A model generated the notes under the pieces. The model worked only from the letters and a program-made list of their open reading frames with translations, was not told the DNA's origin and ran no database searches. From Halorarum halobium (GTDB taxonomy: Archaea > Halobacteriota > Halobacteria > Halobacteriales > Haloferacaceae): a DNA stretch of 64,000 nucleotides. The stretch covers positions 248,001-312,000 of the forward strand of contig NZ_CP134949.1 of assembly GCF_032116555.1 (NCBI RefSeq), read 5' to 3'. The translations under genes were made by a program, and so were the position numbers. Shown here one piece after another: positions 9,820-19,733 of this stretch (positions are counted from its first letter, which is position 1; each line of letters begins with the position of its first letter).

Positions 9820-10857
9820 TCAAACGAGGAAGAACGCCACGGCGACCGAGATGAACACCACCTTCAACACGGTGTTCAACACGACGACCCGCAGCCCGAA
9901 CTCCGCGCCCCAGACGCCGTACTGGAACGGGATCGACCGCTTGAACGTCGACACCGCGAAGGAGACGACCCCGCCCACGAGCATCGTCGCCACCGCCACC
10001 TCGGGCGTCAGCGTGTTCCCCACCAGCGGCGCGACCGTCGCGGCCCCGGCGGTCGTGTCGAACGCGAAGATCACGATCACCGGAATCGCCGCGGCCGGCA
10101 ACCCCGCGACCTCCGCCAGCGGCCCCGCCGCGGCCGACAGCGACTGCAGGTCCACCCGCGCGACGAGCACGGTCACGAGGACGTAGACGACGGCGAGTCG
10201 GGGGACGATGCGCCGGAGCGTCGAGCGCGAGGCGTCGGCGGCCGCGTGCGCCCGCTCCCGGTAGGTCGCCGACCCGCCGGTGGCGGCGACCGACGGTGTC
10301 GACCCGCCGTCCGCGAGGCCGTCCTCGCCCGACTCGTCCGCGGTGGCGACGCCGAGACCGTCCGTCTCGTCGTCCGCCGACCGCCCCGCCACGCCGTCCG
10401 AGGGGAGCAACAGCGCGCCGCCGAACACGCCGACGAGCGTGATGGCGAGCGCGATGCCGGCCCGCGCGCCGACGTACATGAGCCCCACCTGGAGCCCGAG
10501 AATCGGGATGAGAACGGGTGCGTAGAACGTGAACACGTGCTGGACGAACCCGAAGAACGTGTTGATGGTCACGGCGACGAGCGTCGCGCGGTCCGAGAGC
10601 CGCCCCGACTCGCGGAAGTCCGCGAGCATCCCGTAGCCCGCCGTCGTCGAGGCCGTCGTCGTCAGGATGGCCGTGCCCGCCTCGTCCGGGAGGTTCGCCG
10701 GGCCGGTGAGAAAGCGCGAGAGCCCCGCGACCCGCTCGACCGCGCCGAACTCGACGGCGAGGTTGGCGAGGAACACCCCGACGGCGACGAGCGCGGCGAT
10801 GCGCGCGACCCGGAGCAGGGCGTCGGCGACGAGAGGTACGAGGCCGGTCGGGTCCAC
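9820..10857 (-). CDS. nucleoside-recognition (Gate) domain membrane protein
   Basis: 345 aa hydrophobic, two repeated Gate-like halves with an acidic linker. Confidence 0.75.
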   Translation of the reverse strand: MDPTGLVPLVADALLRVARIAALVAVGVFLANLAVEFGAVERVAGLSRFLTGPANLPDEAGTAILTTTASTTAGYGMLADFRESGRLSDRATLVAVTINTFFGFVQHVFTFYAPVLIPILGLQVGLMYVGARAGIALAITLVGVFGGALLLPSDGVAGRSADDETDGLGVATADESGEDGLADGGSTPSVAATGGSATYRERAHAAADASRSTLRRIVPRLAVVYVLVTVLVARVDLQSLSAAAGPLAEVAGLPAAAIPVIVIFAFDTTAGAATVAPLVGNTLTPEVAVATMLVGGVVSFAVSTFKRSIPFQYGVWGAEFGLRVVVLNTVLKVVFISVAVAFFLV

Positions 10858-11021
10858 GTCGGCTCTCGGGGGCGACGCGACAAATCACTGTCCGTTCCAC
10901 GCGGCGCGACGCGCCCGGTCGCACCTCCACGACGGCCCCGCGCTCGGAGCCGAGCGGCGGTCCCGCGCCCGTCCCGCCGGTTCCAGTCACCTTTTGACGC
11001 GCCGTGCCGGACCACCGACCG

Positions 11022-12281
11022 ATGGGAGCCAGCGCCCGCCTGCGCCGCCTGACCGCCTACGACGCGCTGGTGCTCACGGCGCTCGTCTGGTTCCTCGCCA
11101 AGTTCCTCCGCTACGCGTTCCCGCCGCTGTTCGCCACCCCCGCCTTCCGGGCAGAGTTCGGCGTGTCGAACGCCCTGCTCGGGGCCGCCTACACCGCGAT
11201 GATGGCCGTCTACGCGCTGATGCAGTTCCCCTCGGGCGCGCTCGCGGACCGGCTCGGCGCGACGAGGGTCGTCGTCGGTGGCGGCCTCGTCGCGGCCGCC
11301 GGGGCGTTCGTGCTGACGGTGCCGATTCCCGGCCTCGCGTCCGGGGCGACCGTCGCCTCCGGTCCGAGCGCCAACTGGGCCGGGGTGGCGCTGCTCGTCG
11401 CCGGGATGCTGCTCGTCGGGTTCGGCACCGGCGCGCACAAGACGGTCGCCGTCAGGCTGCTCTCGCGCATCTACCCGGCGCGGACGGGGCGCGCGCTCGG
11501 CGTGCTCGACACGTTCGGCGCGTTCGGCGGCGTCGCCGCGGGCGCGGCGGTCGTGTTCTTCCTCGACGTCGCGGACTGGCACGCGCTGTTTCTCGCCGGG
11601 GGACTCGTCGGCGTCGGCCTCGCCGCGGCGGTCGCGCTCCGGGTTCCGGCGCGCGTGCCGGCGACCGACCGCGACCGGACCGCCGACGAGTCCGTCGGCC
11701 TCGGGACCTACCTCGGGCTGTTCCGCGAGCCGCGCTTTGCCGCCTTCGTCGGCGCGACGCTCTGCTTCTCGTTCGCGTACAACGGCGCGGTCGCGTTCCT
11801 CCCCTCGTTCCTGACCGAGCAGGCGGGCCTGTCGACCGCGGCCGCGTCGTTCCTCTTCTCGGGCCTGTTCGTCGTCAGCCTCGTCCAGTTGCTCACGGGC
11901 GACCTCTCGGACCGGGTCGGTCGGCTCTCGGTCATCGCCGGGACGCTGATGGTTGCGACCGCCGGGCTCGTCGCGCTCGTGCTCGTCGGCGTCGCCGGCC
12001 CGGTCGTCCTCGGCGCGGCGGTGGTCGCGTTCGGCCTCGGGAGCCACGGCTTCCGACCCGTGCGGGGCGCGTACCTGACGGAGGTCATCCCGGCCGACGT
12101 CGCCGGTGGGGGGCTGGGCGCGGTGCGGACGCTGTTGATGGGTGCGGGCGCGGTCGCCCCGGTCGTCGTCGGGGCGGTCGCGGACGCGCGAGACTTCGGC
12201 GTCGCGTTCTCGCTGCTCGCGGTGGCGATGGTCGCGGCGGTGCTGTTGACGGGCGCGGTCGCGCTGCTCGGCGGCGAGTGA
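11022..12281 (+). CDS. MFS transporter
   Basis: about 12 TM; motif A GALADRLG and GDLSDRVGR. Confidence 0.92.
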   Translation: MGASARLRRLTAYDALVLTALVWFLAKFLRYAFPPLFATPAFRAEFGVSNALLGAAYTAMMAVYALMQFPSGALADRLGATRVVVGGGLVAAAGAFVLTVPIPGLASGATVASGPSANWAGVALLVAGMLLVGFGTGAHKTVAVRLLSRIYPARTGRALGVLDTFGAFGGVAAGAAVVFFLDVADWHALFLAGGLVGVGLAAAVALRVPARVPATDRDRTADESVGLGTYLGLFREPRFAAFVGATLCFSFAYNGAVAFLPSFLTEQAGLSTAAASFLFSGLFVVSLVQLLTGDLSDRVGRLSVIAGTLMVATAGLVALVLVGVAGPVVLGAAVVAFGLGSHGFRPVRGAYLTEVIPADVAGGGLGAVRTLLMGAGAVAPVVVGAVADARDFGVAFSLLAVAMVAAVLLTGAVALLGGE

Positions 12282-12319
12282 ACGGGGACGGAAAACGGCT
12301 GGTGGCCGGAGGCTGCCGG

Positions 12320-12562
12320 TCAGAACCGCGGGTCGCCGCCCTCGTCGTCCTGGATCGCGGGGTCCTGCTGCTCGTCGGTCACGCGGTCGAACATCGTCTC
12401 GTCCATCTCGTTCGGCGAGTCCTCGACCGGCTGGTAGGCCGAGAGCCCGCGCGAGAGGAGGTCCTCGATGGCCTGGTCGCGGCTGATGAACTCCCCCTGG
12501 TCGACGAGTCGCTGGAGGTCGCTTTCGGTCTGGTCCGACAGGTCGACGGTCACTCTGGTCAC
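12320..12562 (-). CDS. small ribbon-helix-helix (CopG-like) protein
   Basis: GTG start; VTVDLSDQ...LVDQGEFISRDQAIEDLL with acidic tail. Confidence 0.8.
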   Translation of the reverse strand: MTRVTVDLSDQTESDLQRLVDQGEFISRDQAIEDLLSRGLSAYQPVEDSPNEMDETMFDRVTDEQQDPAIQDDEGGDPRF

Positions 12563-12669
12563 GTTCCCCCCGTGCGCGGTCGAGCGTAAAGAGTTTGTCC
12601 GCGGGTCGGCCGGGAACTGAAACGGGCCGCGAGGTGCGAACGGCACGGGGGACGGACGGGGCCGGCGCG

Positions 12670-13518
12670 TCAGTCGTCGTCCGCGGCGGGCGCGCCGATC
12701 GACGCCTCCTCGTTGTACGTCGCCACGAGGTCGTCGACGGCCGGCGTGGTGACGGCCTCCTGTGGGATGCGCAGCGGCGACAGGCTCACGTCGCCGTCGA
12801 CGACGGCCGCGCGGTCGGACCACGCCGGGTAGGAGTCGGCCGCCTCCTCCAGCACCGGGTAGCGGTCCGGCTGGTCGAGCCGCGCCCAGTAGTCGTTCTC
12901 CAGCCTGAGGTCGCCGTCGTGCTGTTCGCGCTCCGACTCGGTCGCGTCGCGCACGTCGACGGCGTAGTCGGCCAGCGGCTCCGTGACGCGCAGTTTCCCG
13001 TGGGCCTCGATCGGGCTGTTGAGGCTGAGGTAGTCGGCCGAGTCGAACACGCCCGACCCGGGGAGCCGTTCGACGAGTTCCCGGGTGACCGCGGCGGGCA
13101 CGGAGAAGGCGATGCCCTGTGGCGGGAAGAAGTCGTCCCGGTGGTACGCCGAGACGGCGAGCGCGGGCGCGCCGAGGTACGCTGCCTCGACGGCCGCGCC
13201 GACGGTGCCCGAGTGGCCGAGCAGGTACTCCCCGCAGTTCGGCCCGAGGTTACAGCCCGAGACGACGAGGTCGAACTCGTCGTCGAGGCCGCCGAGCGCG
13301 TAGGCGGCACAGTCGGCGGGCGTGCCGTGGACGGCGTACCCCCACTCGTGGTCGTCCACGTCGACCGCGCGCGAGCGGGAGCGGCCGACGCCGGACTGGT
13401 TGTCGGCGGGCGCGACGACCGTCACGTCGGCCACGGCGCGGAGCTCCTCGTACAGCGCCGCGAGGCCGGGCGAGTCGATGCCGTCGTCGTTGGTCAGCAG
13501 GACGCGCAGATCGCTCAT
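12670..13518 (-). CDS. surE: 5'/3'-nucleotidase SurE
   Basis: LLTNDDG, VAPADNQSG, GTPADC, SGCNLGPN, SGTVGAA. Confidence 0.95.
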   Translation of the reverse strand: MSDLRVLLTNDDGIDSPGLAALYEELRAVADVTVVAPADNQSGVGRSRSRAVDVDDHEWGYAVHGTPADCAAYALGGLDDEFDLVVSGCNLGPNCGEYLLGHSGTVGAAVEAAYLGAPALAVSAYHRDDFFPPQGIAFSVPAAVTRELVERLPGSGVFDSADYLSLNSPIEAHGKLRVTEPLADYAVDVRDATESEREQHDGDLRLENDYWARLDQPDRYPVLEEAADSYPAWSDRAAVVDGDVSLSPLRIPQEAVTTPAVDDLVATYNEEASIGAPAADDD

Positions 13519-13672
13519 TGGCTCCCCTGGGACCTCCGGCGTCAAGGGTACGTCGGTCCGTGTCGTCGGTCGGGTCGTGTTCGGTTCATTTAGTGGTTGG
13601 ACCGTCGGCTAGCTGGACTGTTCAAACCGACTGGGAAGTTCCCGCTAACGTGGAAGTCAGTCGTCATCGGAC

Positions 13673-13850
13673 CGCCTCGGAAGCCCCCGCGGTTATCGAG
13701 TCGCGCGGCCGGCTGCGCTCCTCGCCTCGCTCCTTGCGGTCGCTCGCCTGCGGTGCTTGACCGCCCGTGCTTCCTCGATAACCGCGGCCCCTTCCATTCC
13801 CACCCGGCAGTTGGTCGGCCGAGCGTTCGCCGGGCCGACTACCGCTCGTG
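13673..13850. repeat. haloarchaeal REP-like element with inverted arms
   Basis: CCGCGGTTATCGAG...CTCGATAACCGCGG arms around CTCGC/GCGCTC hairpins; 3' part is an inverted copy of about 26334-26405. Confidence 0.85.
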
Positions 13851-14006
13851 CCGCCGTCGGTAATCCGGTATGTGATTCGCTGGTGGACGACCGATTCGAT
13901 GCGGTACGGTGGGTGCGCCGTCGCCGAGCGACGCCGCGGGTGAACACCCCAGCGACGCCGCGGCCGGCAGGCTGAGCGAGGCTGTGTGGGACCGCCGGGT
14001 CGTGGA

Positions 14007-14396
14007 CTACTCCGACTCGGTCAAGTCAATCGTGTCGTCGCCGTTCGGCACGACGCAGACGAACGCCCCTTCCTCCTCGCCCGGATTCTCGTATCGGTGG
14101 ACCGCGCCGGCCGGAATCAGCAGCGCGTCGCCGGCCGAGACGGTGTACTCCTCCTCGCCGATGCCGACCGTGTACTCGCCCGAGAGCACGTACTGCTCGT
14201 GTTCGACCTCGTTCGTGTGTTCGGGCACCGACGCGCCCGGGTCGAGCACGAACCGCCGCAGGGCGAAGTTCGGCGCGCCGTCCGACTCGTCCAGGAACAC
14301 GCCACGCGACATTCCCTCGGCCGCGTCGACCGCGGCGTACTCGACGTCCGATCCGCGCTTCACGACCGGTTCGGGTGTGGCGTCCGAATCTGCCAT
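14007..14396 (-). CDS. cupin domain protein
   Basis: PEHTNEVEHEQYVLSG and GDALLIPAGAVH cupin motifs. Confidence 0.92.
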   Translation of the reverse strand: MADSDATPEPVVKRGSDVEYAAVDAAEGMSRGVFLDESDGAPNFALRRFVLDPGASVPEHTNEVEHEQYVLSGEYTVGIGEEEYTVSAGDALLIPAGAVHRYENPGEEEGAFVCVVPNGDDTIDLTESE

Positions 14397-14464
14397 ACGC
14401 CCCGCTTGGGGACCGACCCACATCAACGCCCGCCTTTATACCCCGTCGCCTGCTACGGGTTCCC

Positions 14465-15646
14465 ATGCGCGGAATCACGCTGGGTCGGGTCGCGGGCATC
14501 CCGGTTCGGTTGAACTGGACGTTCCTGCTGATCCTCCCGGTCTTCGCCTGGCTCATCGGCACCCAGGTCGGGCAGTTCGTCGAGCTCATGAACGAGGTGA
14601 TGAACGCGACGCTCGACGCCGGCGCGCTGACCGGCGGGCAACTGCCGTTCGTTCTCGGCACCGCCGCCGCGGTCGGGCTGTTCGTCTCGGTGCTGCTCCA
14701 CGAGTTCGGCCACTCGTTCGTGGCGATGCGCTTCGGCTACGAGATCGACTCCATCACGCTGTGGCTGTTCGGCGGCGTCGCGAGCTTCACCGAGATGCCC
14801 GAGGACTGGAAGCAGGAACTGCTCATCGCCGTCGCCGGTCCGATCGTCAGCGTGCTCATCGGCGCCGTCGCCTGGGTCGCGTTCGCCTCGGTCTCGCTCC
14901 CGCCCGAGGCCGCGTTCGTCGTGGGCTATCTCGCGCTGATGAACGTCGTGCTCGCGGCGTTCAACATGCTCCCCGGCTTCCCGATGGACGGCGGGCGCGT
15001 GCTCCGGGCGCTGCTGGCCCGCCGCCGCCCGCACGCCCAGGCGACCAAGATCGCCGCCGAGGTCGGCAAGGTGTTCGCGTTCCTGCTCGGGCTCTGGGGG
15101 CTGTTCAACGGCAACCTCATCACCGTCGGGCTCGCCTTCTTCATCTACATCGCGGGCGCCGGCGAGGCCCAGCAGACGGTGCTCCGGGCCGCCTTCCAGG
15201 ACGTCCGGGTGGGCGACATCATGACCCCGCGACCCGAACTGCGGACGGTGACCCCGACCACGTCGGTCGCGGAGCTCATGCAGCGGATGTTCTCCGAGCG
15301 CCACACCGGCTACCCCGTCCTGCAGAACGACCGCCTCGTCGGCATGGTGACCCTCGAGGACGCACAGGGCGTCAGGGAGGTCGAACGCGACGCGTTCACC
15401 GTCGAGGACGTGATGGCAGACGACATCGCGAGCGTCACGGCCGACGCCGACGCGCTCGACGCCCTGGAGGAGATGCAGTCGCGCGGCGTCGGCCGTCTGG
15501 TCGTCATCGACGCGAACGGCGACCTCATCGGGCTCATCTCCCGGACGGACCTGATGACCGCGTTCGACGTCATTCAGTCGGGCGGCAGCGCGCTCACCGG
15601 CGGGCTCCGCGGCGGGGGCAACCTCCCCGACGTGTCCGGGCGCTAG
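14465..15646 (+). CDS. site-2 protease (M50) with CBS pair
   Basis: HEFGH and FNMLPGFPMDGG motifs, two CBS domains. Confidence 0.95.
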   Translation: MRGITLGRVAGIPVRLNWTFLLILPVFAWLIGTQVGQFVELMNEVMNATLDAGALTGGQLPFVLGTAAAVGLFVSVLLHEFGHSFVAMRFGYEIDSITLWLFGGVASFTEMPEDWKQELLIAVAGPIVSVLIGAVAWVAFASVSLPPEAAFVVGYLALMNVVLAAFNMLPGFPMDGGRVLRALLARRRPHAQATKIAAEVGKVFAFLLGLWGLFNGNLITVGLAFFIYIAGAGEAQQTVLRAAFQDVRVGDIMTPRPELRTVTPTTSVAELMQRMFSERHTGYPVLQNDRLVGMVTLEDAQGVREVERDAFTVEDVMADDIASVTADADALDALEEMQSRGVGRLVVIDANGDLIGLISRTDLMTAFDVIQSGGSALTGGLRGGGNLPDVSGR

Positions 15647-15649
15647 CGG

Positions 15650-17749
15650 TCAGTTCCCGTCCCCGCCGTCCGCGGCCGCTTCGCCATCTCCGGCCGTCCC
15701 GTCGCCGGTCTCGCCGTCGCCAGTCCCGCCGCCGGCATCGCCGTCGTCATCTTCGTCCGCGGCCGCGAACGTGACGCCGCGGAACGCGAACCGCGCGCCG
15801 TCGTCGCTCGTCGCGGACGGCTCCCAGCCGTGCTCGTCGGCCACGGTTGCGACGACCGCCAGCCCGAGCCCGGTCCCGCCCTCGGAGGAGACGCCGGCGT
15901 CGAACAGGCGGTCCGCGTCGTCGGCCGGGAGCCCCGCCCCGTCGTCGGCGACGGCGAACCCCTCGCCGTCGGGGAGGCGCTCGACGGAGACGGTCACGTC
16001 GCCGCCGGCGTGATCGACAGCGTTGCGGAACAGGTGCTCCAACAGCGTCCGGAGCCGCTCGGCGTCGGCCTCGACCGCGGCGCCGATTCGGACCGCGAGC
16101 GTCGCGTCGTCGGTTCGGACCGACGACCAGGCGTCGCGTGCCACCCGGTCGAGCGGGACCGGCTCGTCCGCGTCGAGCGACGATTCGTGCCGCGCGAGCC
16201 CGAGCAGGCGGGCGACCAGCGCCTCGCCGCGGTCCAGCGCGTCCGCGGCGGTTTCGAGCCGGGTTCGAGCCCGCTCGAGTTCCTCGGCGTCGGCCGCTCT
16301 CGATCCGTCTTCGGCCGACTCGTCTCCGGCCGCTCCGCCTCCGACCGCCCCGTCACCGAGTTCCTCGCGCGCCAGGTCGACGTTGCCGGCGGCGACGTTC
16401 AGCGGGTTCCGGAGGTCGTGGCTCACGACCGCCGCGAACCGGTCGAGCCGGTCGTTCTGCTCGGCGAGTTCGGCCTCGCGTTCGGCCCGCCGCAGGGCGG
16501 CCTCGACGTTCGCGGCGAGCACCTTCGTCAGTTCCACTTCCCGGTCGCTGAGCGCCCCGGCCTCCACCGAGCCGGTGGTGAACACGCCGAACTCTCCCAG
16601 CGGGAGGACACAGAGGCTCCGGATCGCCGAGGAGCCGTGGCCGGCGGCGCGCTCGTCCGCCTGTGCGTCCGCCAGCACCGCCGGCTCGCCGGATTCGAAC
16701 GTCGAACCGACGATCCCCTCGCCGGGCGCGAACGTCGGCGGCTCCCCCAGGTTCCGGGTCGCCTCCCGGGAGTTGGCGACGTTCTCCAGCCGCCCGCTCG
16801 ACTCGTCGAGGAGGAACACGCCCGAGGCGGGGAGATCGAGCACCTCACGGGCCGTCTCGACGCCGATCCGGGCGATCCGTTCGGCGGACGGCTCGTCCAT
16901 GAACGATCTGGTCGCCTCGTGCAGCCGGGTCAGGGTTCGCTCGCGGCGATGCCGGTCGGTCACGTCCTGGATGTACCCTTCCAGGGCGATCACCTCGCCG
17001 TCCTCGAACACGCCCGACCCCTGCTCGTAGACGTGGCGCACCTCGCCGTCGGCCCGCCGGATGCGGTACGTGACGCTGAACGGCTCTCTCGCGTCGAGTG
17101 CATCCTGGACGACGGCCCACGTCCGCTCGCGGTCCGCGGGATGGATGACCTCCGACTCCCAGTCGACCTCGTCGGCTTCGAGCGCGTCGGGGTCGTGGCC
17201 GGTCAGGTCGCGGGCGCCGTCGCTGACGAACTCCATCGGCCAGCCGTGTTCGTTCCGACAGCGGTAGGCCATGCCCGGGAGCTGTTCGACCAGCGTCACG
17301 AACCGGCGACGGCTCTCGGAAAGCTGTCGCCGGGTTCGACGCTCCCGGACGGCTCGGAGCACGCTGTTCGCGAGCACGCCGAACTGCTCGGCGCTCCCCT
17401 TCGTGATGTAGTCGGTGACGCCGGCCGACACCGCCTCGGCCGCGACCGCCTCGTCGCCCTGGCCGGTGAAGAGCACGAACGGGAGGTCCGGGTGGGCCTC
17501 CCGGACCTCGTGGAACAGATCGAGGCCGGTCGTGCCCGGTAGCTGGTAGTCGCTGACGAGACAGTCGGCCCCCGCCGCGTCGATGGCCCCGAGCGCCGCC
17601 GCCGGGTCGTCGACGCTCGTGACCGAGAGCCGGTCGGCCTCGCGCCGGAGCTTCTCGGCAGTCAGCGCCGCCATTCCCGGCTCGTCCTCGACGTGAACGA
17701 CCCGGACCTCCTCCGCGGGCTCTGGCCCAGTCACGGTCGTCTCGGCCAA
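15650..17749 (-). CDS. hybrid sensor histidine kinase (REC-PAS-GAF-HisKA-HATPase)
   Basis: receiver HVEDE/SDYQLPG, PAS, GAF, SHDLRNPL H-box, DDGAG and GTGLGL boxes; start uncertain. Confidence 0.92.
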   Translation of the reverse strand: MAETTVTGPEPAEEVRVVHVEDEPGMAALTAEKLRREADRLSVTSVDDPAAALGAIDAAGADCLVSDYQLPGTTGLDLFHEVREAHPDLPFVLFTGQGDEAVAAEAVSAGVTDYITKGSAEQFGVLANSVLRAVRERRTRRQLSESRRRFVTLVEQLPGMAYRCRNEHGWPMEFVSDGARDLTGHDPDALEADEVDWESEVIHPADRERTWAVVQDALDAREPFSVTYRIRRADGEVRHVYEQGSGVFEDGEVIALEGYIQDVTDRHRRERTLTRLHEATRSFMDEPSAERIARIGVETAREVLDLPASGVFLLDESSGRLENVANSREATRNLGEPPTFAPGEGIVGSTFESGEPAVLADAQADERAAGHGSSAIRSLCVLPLGEFGVFTTGSVEAGALSDREVELTKVLAANVEAALRRAEREAELAEQNDRLDRFAAVVSHDLRNPLNVAAGNVDLAREELGDGAVGGGAAGDESAEDGSRAADAEELERARTRLETAADALDRGEALVARLLGLARHESSLDADEPVPLDRVARDAWSSVRTDDATLAVRIGAAVEADAERLRTLLEHLFRNAVDHAGGDVTVSVERLPDGEGFAVADDGAGLPADDADRLFDAGVSSEGGTGLGLAVVATVADEHGWEPSATSDDGARFAFRGVTFAAADEDDDGDAGGGTGDGETGDGTAGDGEAAADGGDGN

Positions 17750-17827
17750 TCTCGACTCTCGGGGGAAATATAGGTCACGGCGAGGTTCCCGGAACTGATA
17801 GTTCGACCCGGCGGCCCGCGCCCGGCG

Positions 17828-19504
17828 TCAGTCGGACGCGGTTCGCTCCCTGAGCTGGACGCGCCTGACCTTGCCGTTGTACGTCCGCGGCAGCCGGTCG
17901 ACGAACGCGACGCTCCGCGGGTGTTTGTAGGGCGCGAGGTGCTCCAGACAGTGCTCCTTGAGCGCCGTCTCGCTCACCGCCGCCCCGTCGTCGGTGACGA
18001 CGTACGCCTCGACCGTGGCGGTCCGTCGCTCGTCGGGGGCACCCACGACGGCCGCGTCGACGACGCCGTCGTGTCGCTCCAGGACGTCCTCCACCTCCCC
18101 GGGATAGACGGTGTAGCCGGCGGTGACGATGACGTCGTCCTTCCTGCCGACGATCTCGTAGTAGTTGTCCTCGTCCCGGCGGGCCAGATCGCCCGTCCGA
18201 AAGTAGCCGTCGTCGGTGAACGCCGCGGCGGTCTCCTCGGGCCGCTCATGGTAGCCGGGGGTCACGTGCGGGCCGCGGACGAGGAGTTCGCCGGTCTCGC
18301 CGGCCGCCACCTCCCGACCGGCGTCGTCCACGACCTTGCAGTCGGTCGCCCGGAGCGGCTGGCCGATCGTTCCGGGCCGCGGGCCGAACGTCGATCCGAA
18401 GCCGACGTGCGTCCCGCCGCCGGTCTCGGTGAGCCCGTACGCCTCGAACAGGTCGAGGCCGGCCTCCGCCTCGAACCGCTCTTGAACCGCCGTGGACATC
18501 CTGTCGCCCCCCTCCATCGCCTCGCGGAGGCTCGACAGGTCGTACTCCCCGAACCGCTCGTGACCGACCACGTCGACGTACATCGTCGTCACCGCGCCGA
18601 ACTTCGTGATCCGTTCGGCCTCGATGGTCGCCATGGCCGCCTCCGGGTCCCAGTCGTCCGGGTCCCGGAGGAAGACGGCCCCGCCCCGCACGAGCGGCTG
18701 CCACGTCCGGTTGACGAACCCGGCGATGTGGGCGAGCGGCAGCACGGAGAGGAACCGCTCCTCGTCGGCCGACAGCGCCGTCCGCTCGAACCCCATGAGC
18801 GACTGCGCCCGGAGGTTCCGGTGGGTCAACTGGACGCCCTTGGGTTCGCCGGTCGTCCCGCTCGTGTACGGCTGCATCGCCACGTCGCCGTCGTCCCGCT
18901 CGGCGAGGTGCGGGGAGCCGTCGAGCGACCCGAAGGCGACGGTGTCGAGGCCGCCGGGAGCGGCGTCCTCGGACTCCCGACCGTCGCCAGCCCTCTCCGC
19001 CTCGCCGTCACCACCGTCATCCGCCCCGTCGTCGCCAACGGCCTCCGCCTTGCCCTCGCCAGCGCCCTCCGCTCCGTCGTCCGCGACCAGGACGACGGTC
19101 GGGTCCACCTCGACCGCTTCGATTGCGTCCGCAACGTTCCCCAGCAGCGCCGGCTCGGTGACGACGCCTGCAACTTCGCCGTCGTCGAGCTGGCCGGCGA
19201 TCTCGTCCGGGGTGAACTGGGGGTTCATCGGCACGAAGGGAGTCCCCGCCCTGAACGACGCCAGCGCCGCGAGGACGGCCTCGGCACGGTTGTGGAGGAC
19301 GATGGCGAGCCTGTCGTCCGGCTCGAAGCCGACGTCCCGAAACCCGCCGGCGAGGCGTGCGGCCCGGTCCCGGAGCGCCGCGTGAGTGAACCTCACCTCG
19401 GGCGTCTCGAGCGCGAGCGCGTCGCCCCGGGCGTCGGCCGTCTCGTCGTACAGCCGGGCGACGTTGCCCGACCTCGCGTCCGCGGGGAACCGCTGTCGAT
19501 CCAT
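17828..19504 (-). CDS. acyl-CoA synthetase (AMP-binding enzyme)
   Basis: YTSGTTGEPKG, YGLTET, FRTGD, GRKDD, NGKV motifs. Confidence 0.93.
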   Translation of the reverse strand: MDRQRFPADARSGNVARLYDETADARGDALALETPEVRFTHAALRDRAARLAGGFRDVGFEPDDRLAIVLHNRAEAVLAALASFRAGTPFVPMNPQFTPDEIAGQLDDGEVAGVVTEPALLGNVADAIEAVEVDPTVVLVADDGAEGAGEGKAEAVGDDGADDGGDGEAERAGDGRESEDAAPGGLDTVAFGSLDGSPHLAERDDGDVAMQPYTSGTTGEPKGVQLTHRNLRAQSLMGFERTALSADEERFLSVLPLAHIAGFVNRTWQPLVRGGAVFLRDPDDWDPEAAMATIEAERITKFGAVTTMYVDVVGHERFGEYDLSSLREAMEGGDRMSTAVQERFEAEAGLDLFEAYGLTETGGGTHVGFGSTFGPRPGTIGQPLRATDCKVVDDAGREVAAGETGELLVRGPHVTPGYHERPEETAAAFTDDGYFRTGDLARRDEDNYYEIVGRKDDVIVTAGYTVYPGEVEDVLERHDGVVDAAVVGAPDERRTATVEAYVVTDDGAAVSETALKEHCLEHLAPYKHPRSVAFVDRLPRTYNGKVRRVQLRERTASD

Positions 19505-19733
19505 GTCCCGCCCACCACCGGCGAGCCTCAAAGTTCGTCGGCGCGTACGTTCCGGTAAGGCGGTCCTGTCGGACGTTCGCTTCGCGTTACTTCGGGCGCT
19601 GGCCGGCCTCACGTCCGTTCGCGGCCGAGCCGGACTGAACCGATCGGGTTCCGGGTAACCCGGGCTTTCCCGCCGCCGAGCGAGTGAACGATCGCCCCCG
19701 CTTTTCCGCCGCTCGGAGAACTGGTACGTCGAG

